A stretch of 64,000 nucleotides of DNA from Utricularia gibba (taxonomy: Eukaryota > Plantae > Magnoliophyta), in NCBI GenBank assembly GCA_002189035.1, contig NEEC01000027.1:248001-312000 (forward strand). Direction: 5' to 3'. Shown piece by piece: positions 1 through 11,412 of this stretch. The notes below the pieces were generated by a model, which worked only from the letters and a program-made list of their open reading frames with translations, was not told the DNA's origin and searched no databases. A program made the translations under genes and the position numbers. Numbering within the stretch: position 1 is the first letter of the stretch; the number at the start of each line of letters is the position of its first letter.

Positions 1-1532
1 TCTCATCATTAATATCAAAACACGCTTCTAGAAGCATTTCATAGAGACGAAGATTTAATGGTGAACCATCTGCCCAGTGGTAGCATTCAAAAACAGCCCC
101 CTCAGATGACCTGTTTGCAAGTGCCAATACTGTCGTACGAAGAACTTGCATTGATTCATTATTTCTTTCAGTTTCAATGGGGCGATCTAAGGCGGCATTA
201 ATGATATGGCCCAAACGTTGGGCTGCAGCATTACCCCTCTCCACAGGCACGTGGGGGTGCAAAAGCATGCCAGCTTCCAGCATTCGAAGGTTTCTCTTCT
301 GCCACGCATTATACTCTTCTGGATCAGTAAAATCTGAAGATTTGAACTGTTGTAAAAGCTCCAGAGGAAGAATGATTGATTCTGATACTCTTCCCACCTA
401 AATAAGAAAGAGTAAATCTGTAACCAGAAAAAGATACTGAGCATCATCATGTACAATTTCTACTTAAAAATACCATATACTGGGATTAAACACACCTATG
501 AACAAGATGAATGCACACAGGAAATTCATTTGCTCAAGGAGGAACAAATGAGTGTTCTTAGTTTATCATATTTAGAAAAGAAGAGTAGACATAAACAAGC
601 TTCAAATGGCTCAATTGTGACGTTCCCAGCCTCGAACACAGTGGCACACAAGAAAAATAACGCATCCTGAAAGACTCATTGATGTAAATGATCCTCCCAG
701 GAAGGAAATTTATAAACGAAAATCGTGGAAAAAGGAAAAAAAAGAAATCTTAAGAAAACCACCCGCTCTCAAAATCATAAATTTAGATGCACCAGTATCC
801 CCTCAGATTATGACACGTTACGCAAATTCCAGGTCTTAATTTAAGAACAAGGTGTCAATGATGAAGCGATAACCAGTATTATCAGTTTCAATTCATAAAT
901 CTGAACATTTCTTTTACGCATTTTTCACTGCAAAAGAACCATCCTTTTTCTTTCTCGCCAACCTGGGTAGCAGAGATTCTCAACAAGCCCCTTCGAATTC
1001 TTAAATCTTCAGCCTCAGAAATCCCCATATGCATTCTCATCAGCTCACTGACACTAATCGGCTTCTTCACCTTCCCCGTCAATGAAGAATTACTCAAATC
1101 CATGCTCCGCCTGGAACTGCTGGATCTCATCCCAAGCGCTTTCTTCATCTTAGATGCTGCTGTAGAAGTCAGCGAACGCTGCAAACTCACTGGAGAATTG
1201 CCGTTGGCGGAAGCAGCACTGGCTGGCGAATTACCATGATCGCCGCTAGAAATGTAGTGCAGGGGCCTAGAGGAAGATGAGCGGTTCGCGGAGAGGAAGA
1301 TCTCGTAAGCGGAGGCTCGAAGATCTGAATCGGAAAGCGTCGGCGTTAGGTCACCAAACGGAGACGGCAGCGGCGACAGCGATGCGGTGGAGACAGCAGG
1401 ATTGAAACGAGAAGTTGCCGATGATGCGGACACTGAGGACGCCGCCGGCCCCGCCCCAAAGGAGGCAGATGAAAAGGAATCTCGCCGGGAATGCCCCAGC
1501 CCCAGCGTTTGATCACGGAAGAGAGACGCCAT
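1..1532 (-). CDS. DUF810 / Munc13-like (unc-13 homolog) protein, 5' part only (runs off window start)
   Basis: Exon 1 is 1532-963 (MASLFRDQTLGLGHSRRDSF...LRASAYEIF...ELMRMHMGISEAEDLRIRRGLLRISATQ, GT donor). Exon 2 starts at 397 after TAG (VGRVSESIILPLELLQQFKSSDF...LLHPHVP...HWADGSPLNLRLYEMLLEACF). These motifs are typical of plant DUF810 proteins. Confidence 0.88.
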
Positions 1533-2410
1533 CGTAGCTGTGCCGGTACCGCTGTCGCTCAAGTGTGATAGAGCAAAACGAGAAAAAAAAAAAAAGAAAG
1601 TAAATGTTAATCATAGCCCATTATTTATAGATTCTTCTATCATTTTATTCATATATTTTAATACATCATTAGCAAATTTACCCAACCAAAATGAAAAGGG
1701 CGTGCCGGCCATCAGCTAGTGGACCAGCATGCACGTATGGGTGGGGCCCACAGCCTCAATCGTGACGTGATTCACTAATACATCCCCAGCCAACCTTCCA
1801 CATCATTTTTATTTCTGACAAATATTACCTCTTTTAATCACAATTAATACGATTAAAACAGAATCCGCGCTTATGCAACTTATTAAAAATAAGAAATGCA
1901 CATAAAAATTTTAATATTTAATGAGAAAAAATAAAAACTATTTCAGATATAAGATTAACTTTAGAAAACGATGATTTTTTGGTGCAGGTGATCGTCAGTC
2001 AGTTAATGGGCCGGGAGTGAAGTCGTATTGGACCGTCCCCAAATTTGAAAATTAGAGGTGTTTTTAATGGAATTAAAGAATTAAGTGGTTTATTGTCCAA
2101 TGAGGCAGAGCCATTTTCTCAATAAAGGAGCCGGGCAGTGCGCACTCACCGAGGTCCCCCTCCATTGAAGGCCATTACAACAACATATGGCTCAAAATAA
2201 AGAGCTTGAGCCATGGGGGTAAAATGGGCAGAGAGGGGACACAACCGGCTGAGTTGACTTGTACGGGGAGGGTGAAATTGGTAAATGTGGGTAAGCGGTG
2301 CCCACCACGAGACAAATTGTTCTCTGTGAACTTATTTCCAAGGCGAGCGGGGGTGGGCCAGGCTGCGGCGTGAATGACTTTTTGACAGTGGGGTGCCGCT
2401 GTAAAACGCC

Positions 2411-2561
2411 GACACGTGGATTAATGGTGCGCCGTACATGCAGCAAAATCATTCATGCATGTGCATTATTGCTGCATCATTCTTCATTTCTCTCTCTCTG
2501 CATCATGCATGCGATGCCCTCGAGGGTTTTTGTGAATGAGGGCGAGCTGCGGATATAAATA
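2411..2561 (+). promoter_or_regulatory. WD40 gene core promoter: G-box/ABRE, several RY (CATGCA) motifs, TATA box
   Basis: CACGTG at 2413-2418; CATGCA at 2437, 2454 and 2504; TATAAATA at 2554-2561, about 60 bp upstream of ATG 2621. Confidence 0.55.
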
Positions 2562-2620
2562 GTGCAAAAACCCTTAGCGCTCCCTCCTCGGTATGCTGCA
2601 TCTGATCGCACGGGACAGAA

Positions 2621-4090
2621 ATGCTGAACCCGAAGAAATCTCTCTCCGCCTTCTTCGCGGAGGAAGAACCCAGATCACCTCCGTCGCCGCCGCGGCTTAC
2701 CGTCAAATGTTTCTCGCCGCCGTACGATCACTATCAAGATAACCACATCTTCAGCCCCCCGGGATCCTCAGCCGCAAATATCTACTCCCGGGAACCGCCG
2801 GAATCGCCATGGACGCTTTCCCCGCACACCACTCCTTCACCGTCACTGCTCTACCACTGCATCTCCGCCTTGTACCGACAAGAGGGCACCATATTCGCCG
2901 TCGCCGCGGCGAAGGGACTGGTTTTCACAGGATCCGAAAGCTCCCGGATCCGGGCATGGAGACAACCCGACTGCACCGAACGAGGGTACTTCCAGTCCGA
3001 CTACGGCGATGTCAGAGCCATTTTAGCGCATGGGAACACCATCTTTTCGTCGCATAAAGACTGCAAAGTCCGGATGTGGAAAATCACCTCCGCCCCTGAG
3101 AGTTTTCAGGCAAAAAAAGTCTCAGTATTTCCAAAAACTCAACAGATTTTCGGTATTTTTCCGACGAGCAGCGCCTTCAAACACAAGGACTCCATTTCCT
3201 GCATGGCGTATAATCATTCCGAGGGTCTTCTGTACACGGGCTCGTGGGATAGAACCGTCAGAGTATGGAGAGTTTCAGATAATGCCTGCGTTGACTTTTT
3301 CACAGCCCACGAGGACCAAGTCAATGGAATCGTCCTCAACCGCATCGACGGTAGCGTGTTTACTTGCTCCAGCGACGGCGCTGTGAAAATATGGAGGCGC
3401 GTGTATGGACAAAGCTCGCATACTCTCACAATGACACTCAAATTCCAGTACTCTCCGGTAAGTAGTGGGCTCTTTTCCCCACAAAAAATACACTTTAATG
3501 TTTTGGGATAAAATCCAATGTCTGAAATTTTGTCAGCGAATTTTACGATCATTTTCCAACAGGTAAACGCATTGGCGCTCAGCTCTTCGTCAAATGCATG
3601 CTTCCTGTACTCCGGTTGCTCTGATGGGATAATCAATTTCTGGGAAAAAGAGAAAATATCTGGAAGATTCAACCATGGGGGATTCTTACAAGGTCACAGA
3701 TTCTCAGTCCTCTGTCTGGTTGCCGTAGATAAACTTGTCTTCAGTGGTTCAGAGGATACCACAATCAGGGTTTGGAGAAGAGAAGAAGGGAGCTCCTACC
3801 ACGAATGCTTAGCCGTGATCGAAGCCCATCGCGGGCCGGTGAAGTCGCTCGCGGTGACGCTGGAGATTGAGAAAGTTGTGTTCGTAGGGTTCCTAGTTTA
3901 CAGCTCGGGATTGGATCAGGCGTTTAAGGCGTGGAGGATTAAGGTTTTGCCGGAGGATAAACCGCGCCGCCTTGAACCGGAAACCATGGAGGTTAAGACG
4001 AAGTCGGCGGAGTATGAAATGAGCCCCGTTTTGTCTCCGTCGTGGGTAGAGAAGAAGCTCCAAGGCAATGGTAGCCATTTTTTCTTGTAA
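2621..4090 (+). CDS. WD40-repeat protein (JINGUBANG-like family), 2 exons, ~454 aa
   Basis: Exons 2621-3457 and 3563-4090 (GT-AG, phase 0). WD repeats: HKDSISCMAY...LYTGSWDRTVRVWR, HEDQVNGIV...FTCSSDGAVKIWR, GHRFSVLCL...FSGSEDTTIRVWR, HRGPVKSL. The C-terminus is EYEMSPVLSPSWVEKK. Confidence 0.9.
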
Positions 4091-4616
4091 AATTGAACCC
4101 CCTCCCCTTCTTTTTTCAATTACATAAATATCATATTTCCGTAAAATAGCACAAAATTAAAAATTTCGATATCAAAAACCCTAAATTAATCATCTCAAGT
4201 AAAAACCTTGACCTACATTTATTAGGGTTCACGCGTGCATGCACTACATATTGCAATTTGAATGTAATTAATATTAAAAATTAAGTCCATTGGTATCCGG
4301 TCTGGAATATCGAGCCGGGTCTTCAAACCGGGTTAAGTATAATCAATGCCTCGTGATTTATGAGAAATTTGAAGTAGGATAATAGAAGTATATGGAGAAA
4401 TGAATGCAGAGCACTGAATTGGAGCTGCCCCTTATCATGAATGCATGGAATTTAATGGTTGATTATGGTTGCTCCTACTTTAGCAGCCCAACACTACCAA
4501 AATTAAAGCAACCAACTGCACTATCTTACCTACTAGATTCTTCGCAAATTCATGCACTTCTTTGAAGACGAATTGGGGGGACATGCTGCAAGATGAAGGA
4601 ATGGCCTTTCGGCAGC

Positions 4617-6002
4617 TTAGTCCAGAGCCCATGCCATAATCCCAGAAGATGCACTTGCAAGGCATTCTATCTGATCTGCGTTCTCCACCATCTGCCAAAT
4701 GAAACTGATCGCCTGCATGGAATGAAATAGGTGAATTCAGCCCGTGTCTCACCTGCCTTCTAACCACTACTATGTAGTTTTTTCTATTTTCGATCAGCCC
4801 ATCTTGAAATACGAGGTCTTGTATGCCAGAAAGTATGCAAAATGCATACCCATAAGCCATGGATCACACAATGGCAGAGTGTAATCCAACTCAATCTGAA
4901 TATAGCGCACCTAGTCTGAAAGCCAAAGGCGAGCTTACCCGATGTTCCTCGTTCATTTTCTCAGATAGCCTTATGGGTTTGTTGGTTGACATATTCCATC
5001 TACTGGGATCCCAAAGGATGGTGCTATTGAAAGCAAAGCCAACGTTATGCATTGAATTTGGCATCTTCATTGTTCTAGACCCGTCGCAAATTGGACCCTG
5101 CTCCCAAGTTTCCCCTTTGCCTCCCCTCACCTTCGCCACTCTCCACATGCTGATCCGCCTGTGCGTCATCATGAAAAGTCACCCCGAATTCCTTGCTTTA
5201 AAATAAGATATGAAATGAAATGGGGTTCAGGGATTATGCAGATCCATATGAATTTCATGGACTGTGTGGTAGGCGAGGGGTACCTTATCTTTCTCATAAG
5301 GTCAAAAAGCTCAGTTCTGTACACGCTGTCCTCGCTTGCGAAGAAAACTATTGCGTCGAACCTATGCTTTTCAATATGCGAAAGCGCAGCATTCCGAAGG
5401 ACATCCACGCTCACATTATTTCTCTTCTCCACATCGGCAACTTCCTTGTCCACGTAAGCCAGATGTCTGTACATCAGGCCACTCTTCCTCAACAGGTCAT
5501 ACGTTTCCAGTGACTGACACTTCTTCTCCACGACTATCCAAAGAAGAGGAGACGGCACGAGCCTCAGGGTCTGCGCCAACGAGCTCAAGTAGTAGCCTTG
5601 AAGAGGCCCCGCACCCGTCGTCGTGACGACGATGAGAAGACTGTTATCTTGGGTATCCTCATCTGAAGCAGAGGCTTTCGATTTCAAGTAGGTGAATTGT
5701 ATCGGATTCTCAATCTGAATGCCCAAGTCGTCTCTAGCCCGAATGGGGTCCGAGATGTTCATCGCCGACCCGATGATGAAGCCTAGCAGAAAGCAGGTGA
5801 AGAAGCTGATGAACCCGCGATGCCACAACCTTTCTTTCGGAATGAATGCTTGCAGTAGATGAAGACCATGGAGTAAATTCTGGACTACGTGCCAAGCATT
5901 ATTCAGTGAGTCCGTGCGGTTGGCGCATTCATGACTGATTGAAGAGGATTCGGATTTGGCAAGATGTGGATCGGGAGACGACGTTCTTCTAAACAACGAC
6001 AT
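4617..6002 (-). CDS. IRX9L: Glycosyltransferase family 43, IRX9-like/IRX9H xylan synthase subunit (divergent), 3 exons, ~344 aa
   Basis: Exons 6002-5284, 5158-4939 and 4712-4617 splice in frame. There is an N-terminal TM segment, plus LLIVVTTT...YYLSSLAQTLRLVPSPLLWIVVE, RNAALSHIEKHR, EQGPICDGS and GFAFNSTILWDPSRW. Confidence 0.85.
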
Positions 6003-7091
6003 GCCGGCGTTCCCCAGAGAACTGTAAATTGAACCCAGGTCTGTTATCAACCGGTCATAAAAGTAACCTGGAATAGGAAGCCATGGGATGCTGAGATATC
6101 AAGGGCTTCAGACGAAGACGGTGAGTTGCAGGCATCTTTAAGGCATGGTTCTTGGATGTTGAATTTGAATCCAGCCGAGTACATGCATTTGGGCAATCAT
6201 TCAAACAACTTCTTTGCCCACCTTTCACGTAACTGACTCTTACATATTTATTTTAATCACTGAATGATGAGTTGACTTTTGATATAAGGGAGTAACTGAG
6301 ACAGTGTTCTGTAGAAGAAATACCATTCATTTGGAGAAACAGAAGGCCAAGGCCGCCCATTGGGCTTTCTTCTGACTTCTGGGTTGGAGACAGTTACGAT
6401 GTCGGGAGCAGCGATCCAGGGACTAACTACGACGCCGCAGCCATCTTCACATCATTTACCACGATAACGGACACTCTGAAGTGAACGGGATCAAGCCGGA
6501 ACTCGATTCTATACCTGAAGTAAAGAATACTTGAGAGTAGTATTCAAAAAGTTCGAATATTCCATCCAAAGTTTCAACTTTCAATTAAAGCACAGTTGAA
6601 TCATTGTTTGAATCAAGTGTTTTTGACGATATTCTATGCAATGCAGTCCAACGCTCATAGCCATTATTTGAATGCTTTGCGTGCTCGCCTCTCTGTTCGC
6701 GCTGGCTGAACTCTATCGATCACAACAAGATGCTCCTGCTGTTTCTTTTCCTCAAATGGGCGGGATGCGTGTTGTAACAGATTACGATTGTTGGGTGTGC
6801 CGATTCTCGCTTAAGAAAGATAAAAACTGTGCATATCCCACAATCCTACAACAAAAATCGTATTTTGCATTCTGGGTTATGGCATCCATCTTGGCCCAAC
6901 TCGTTCTTATTAGCTTTTTGGTAGGGTTTCTCTTCTGTGGTTACTGACCCGTGAACCCGGATCTGCTGTGGTAGAGGAAGTATTCATTCGCTCCCAATCC
7001 GTTCTTTCTCGCTTTTTCGGGCACCCAACTCTCTGTTTTTGGTTGTTGGTTATTTGATTTCAAAGATCGAAGTTTTGATTCAATTTTCTTG

Positions 7092-9959
7092 ATGGGAAAT
7101 GGGAAATCGAGCCCTGTAGATCAGAGAAGGCGTGAGGGATCCTCAACATCCCGTTCTAGATCTGCCTCCGGATGGCAGCATGATTATGCGCAATCTTCAT
7201 TCTCACAGTATGCTCGAAATTATCCAGTGCAGAACCCTAGTGCCGTTGGAACCGAGAACCCAATTCATGCCGACCAGGATAGGCGCGGGGAACCCTCAAC
7301 AACTCAGTCTAGACCCGCCTCTGGATGGCAGCAACATGGTTATGACCAATCTTCGTATCCTCAGAATGCTCAAAATTATCCAGTAGAAATCCCTTACCCA
7401 TCTGGGTTTCCACCAGATTACTCACAGTACCCATCTCATGCGGCTGCTAATCCATCATTGGAATCGAAGATATCGACACAATATGAAGCACCCCGGTCTC
7501 AGGTTCATGTACCCAAGAAGAAAATCGAAAGGCGGTACTCAAGGATCGCAGACAATTACAGTTCACTAGAGGAGGTATGTCCATGTTTATGGACTTGTGA
7601 TGATGGAACAGATGGAAAATATAGTCATGTGGTTGAGATAAAATGGTCCCACTTAAGAAAAAAAAAATTTGTATTTAATGTGGTTTACGGGGGATTAGTC
7701 ATTGAAACATACCTGTCCATCAGGGGGTCAGTGAGTCCTATATGACTGAACTTACTTCTGGTTTGTTGGTTTTCTGGATGATTTTTGCTCGAGGCAGCAT
7801 TTGAATAAAAAAACTTTTTTTGGTAGGTGACAGAAGCTCTTGCTCGTGCTGGTCTTGAGTCTTCCAACCTGATCATGGGGATTGATTTCACCATGAGCAA
7901 TCAATGGACAGGTTGACTTATAAAAATTCAGGATTTTTTTGGTGGGTGTAAATGAAGTGCAAATGGGGACTTCCTACATTTTCAGGAAAACATTCGTATA
8001 ATGGTAAAAGCTTGCATCATCTCGGATCTGGTCTTAATCCCTATGAGCAAGCAATAAGCATTATTGGAAAAACTATGGCTGCATTTGACGAGGACAACCT
8101 AATCCCATGTTTTGGATTTGGAGACAGTACGTGCTAAGCCATTTAGCTTTCTCGACTTCATAACATGCGTTAAATTTCTTATCTTTTTTCATACTGAACT
8201 TTGCAGCATCAACACATGATCAGGACGTATTCAGCTTCTACCCTGATGGTAAATTTTGTGAAGGGTTTGAAGATGTTCTAATGCAGTACAGAAAACTTGT
8301 GCCAAATCTTAAACTTTCAGGTTGGCAATAGTTTTCAATGCTGGTTGCCTCTTGCTACTACTCTTGAATTTGAACCGGACTACCTTTGCTGCAGGTCCAA
8401 CTTCGTTTGCCCCCATAATCGAAATGGCTATGACTGTTGTTCAGCAGAGTAGAGGCCAATACCATGTCCTACTAATTATTGCAGATGGACAGGTATCGTG
8501 TTACATGCGTGTATGCTTCTGTTTGAGAACACGGATTCCTATTTTGCGTATAGTCATTCCTCTTATCAACTGTGCTCATATTTCTTCTGAAAGCCATCGT
8601 TTTCCTTACCGATTATGATGTTTTGACGTTTAGTTGACTATAGAATCATGACGTAATTCCTGGAGGCTGGTTTGAAGCTACTGTGCTTCCTTAAGAAAAA
8701 CTCACCTCCACCTTGAATACTTAAATTCTGTTATTGTGCATCAGTTGTTCAATTGATACCGTTGATGAGACATGGATATAGAGTTGAAGTCATTATATCT
8801 TCCTACACAAGTATCCTTCCTTTTGAGATTTTTCAACTCCACAGGTTACCCGAAGTGTTGACACCGAAGATGGTCGACTGAGTCCCCAGGAGCAGAGAAC
8901 TGTTGACGCAATCGTTGAAGCCAGGTGGTAACTTCGGACTGATGTTGCATGATCTCTTTTCTCCTGGTAAGATAAAAAGTGGTAATGCGGCGGTTATTGT
9001 TCCTTTAACGTTTGCAGCAAGTTTCCATTGTCGATTGTTCTGGTTGGAGTCGGAGATGGGCCATGGGATACAATGAAGGAATTCGATGACAACATACCGG
9101 CTAGAGAGTTTGACAATTTCCAGGTACGCTTGAAGGTTCCTCTTCCTCCATGAGCCTCGTTCACCACAATAAGCTTTGTTCATCGTGTAGTGTAACTCTT
9201 TGGGTCCCAGTTTGTGAATTTCACAGGGATCATGTACAAAAATGCAACCCAACTCCGAAAAGAGACCGAGTTCGCTCTGGCTGCGTTGATGGAAATCCCA
9301 GTTCAATATAAAGCCACGTTAGAGCTCAATCTGCTTGGGTAAGGAAGCGAGAGCGACCTTGTCAGTTAGTCATCTGTCTCACTGTGTCTGCATATGCTGT
9401 GCTGATACCGTATCTGCATGCTCATAAATTGGTGAAATTCAAGTCAACGGAATCACAAAGTACCGGAGAGAATTGCCCTTTCGCCGCCGGGACTTGGTGG
9501 AGGAGCAGCATTCAGCACGATTCCAGGCCGCACGCACATGATTCCATCCGAGAGACGCTGGGAGCCTTCCACAGAAGCAGCTCCTTCTGCACCAACCGCT
9601 GCTTATGAGCAACAGGTACCGTACTTGGCAGCGTAATGGAAGCAGTAGAATGTGCTCCCCAGCAAGTGTTTTTAGGCTTATGCTAATGATGCTTTGCAAT
9701 ATATAACTGTGCTGAATCATTTCCTGCTCTCGCAGACTTGCCCCATCTGCTTCACCAATCCAAGAGACATGGCTTTTGGCTGTGGTCACCTGGTAATACC
9801 TTCTCCGGTGATCTGTCTTTGGATCTCAACGGCATCCGGAGAAGACGAACTTCTAACCATTTCGTTTGTGTTTTTCAGACATGCCGGGACTGCGGACGAG
9901 ACCTTGAAGTCTGCCCCATATGCAGGAGTGCAATCCAGACCAGGATAAAGCTCTACTGA
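7092..9959 (+). CDS. RGLG: RGLG-type E3 ubiquitin ligase (copine/vWA + C-terminal RING), 11 exons
   Basis: Myristoylation-type start MGNGKS; [20 protein letters not shown]; [14 protein letters not shown]; [12 protein letters not shown]; [17 protein letters not shown]...CRDCG...[15 protein letters not shown]. All exons join in frame with GT-AG. Confidence 0.95.
7119..7394 (+). repeat. Degenerate in-frame tandem duplication (153-nt period) in RGLG exon 1
   Basis: 7119-7238 ([40 protein letters not shown]) versus 7272-7394 ([41 protein letters not shown]). Confidence 0.85.
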
Positions 9960-10219
9960 TGGATGGATGCCCCGGAGATGGGGTGTGCTTGTCGAGATCT
10001 ACATTAATATATGGATGTGTAATATCGAGATTTTCTTATTTTTTAAAAAATAAATATTCCAATATACGGTTGCCCAACAACTCATATTTAATATTATTTA
10101 ATCTTTAAAATGCGAAGGATATCGAAATTTGAAAGGCGCTCGTCTTGTCCAAAAGCTTGGTTGTCCCGCTGAGACTTTGAAAGGCGACGAGTTCAGATTT
10201 CTGTGGGCTGTGCTCAGCC

Positions 10220-10823
10220 ATGGCTACTGCGGGCTATGAGGATGCCGACGAGTGGGAATTGGTGAACGATGACGGTTTCGTGTATCGAAGGAAGAAACGA
10301 CGACGGCTCCTCGAGCCCACCGCCACCGCTTCCCTCGAGCCACCGCAGCCGGATCCGGAGGTGGAGAGGAGGAAACGTCTTCAGAGGAGGAAAAGGGTTC
10401 TCCAGAAGCTGAGAGATAAGTACCGAATCGAGATCAGCCATTGGGAACTTTTATCGAACACTTTGAGGGGGGTGGAGAAGAGAGCCAATGTGCAGCCTTC
10501 TTCGACGGAACGTGAGCGAGGTGTCTCAGAGTTACCGCAGCAGCTTGCGCCTGATCGTTCTGGCCGCAGCATCGTTGAGGAGCTCTTAACTCAGGTATAG
10601 TGGCAGAAACCTTTGAAGAAAAATGAGTAGTAATTGAGCGCCATTGATTTTGAATTCGTAGGTTGAGACGCAAGAAGCTATAATTCAGGACGTTTCCAAG
10701 ATGTGTGATGTAGCTGAAGCATTATGCACTGCACAAGAGGAAAGACGAAAGCAACAGATTCTGAGCCTCCCAATTTGGGACACTTGTCCCCATGAGCTCA
10801 TGACCGTTCTTTGCGAACCTTAG
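10220..10823 (+). CDS. Conserved uncharacterised plant coiled-coil protein, 2 exons, ~178 aa
   Basis: Exons 10220-10594 and 10662-10823 are in frame. The motifs EWELVNDDGFVYRRKKRR, KYRIEISHWELLS and LLTQVETQEAIIQDVSKMCDVAEALC...LSLPIW match a small plant family I recall. Confidence 0.75.
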
Positions 10824-11412
10824 GCCACAAGTTCCATTCGTTGAGATTCACAATGTATCGATTGGGTGAAAATCCGTAGAAAGCCAAGCAAGGTGTTTGA
10901 TGCAATGCTGCTCAGGTTGTTTCTCTGTTCTGTAGGAATATGTTAGTCAACCATGTATATCAAAGAAGGTAAGAGATGCTGCTTCATAATCTCTTCTTGT
11001 AACAGGGTTATCCATAGTGATTTTTTTCGAGTTCCTGGATCGAGCATGATGATGGCCTGTTGTTTGATCAAATCTGTGCGTCGATTATTTGAACATGAGA
11101 TTGTGTTAACTACAGTTATTCTGCAATGTATAGATTTCATGTTTTGTAAATGCTTCATGCTCTGGAAGGATTCTGTAGGTTGCGAGTTTTGGGCTCAGAG
11201 CGCATAACTTTGAGTGATTGCATTTGTAAAGTACTGGAGTTGAAGTTTTCTGGATGGACACTTATTCCACAGACTGTAACAGACATCACAGAAACCCGAA
11301 CTCCATAGCAATTAAGTCAAGGCATGTCAATGAGCAGCTGCCAGCTCCAGGAATCCAGATTTTTTTTTTACCACAGCAGTCTCTCCTTACACTTTTTTGC
11401 ATGCCTCTGTGG

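Noticed and set aside
2027-2101. ATTGGAC...GTCCAAT inverted repeat around an AT-rich core (possible MITE)
   Set aside because: Only 7 bp of TIR, no target-site duplication, and no second copy in the window.
6672-6947. 91-aa ORF upstream of RGLG
   Set aside because: It starts at a non-ATG codon in the ORF track, has no recognisable motif, and is T-rich like 5' UTR or intron sequence.
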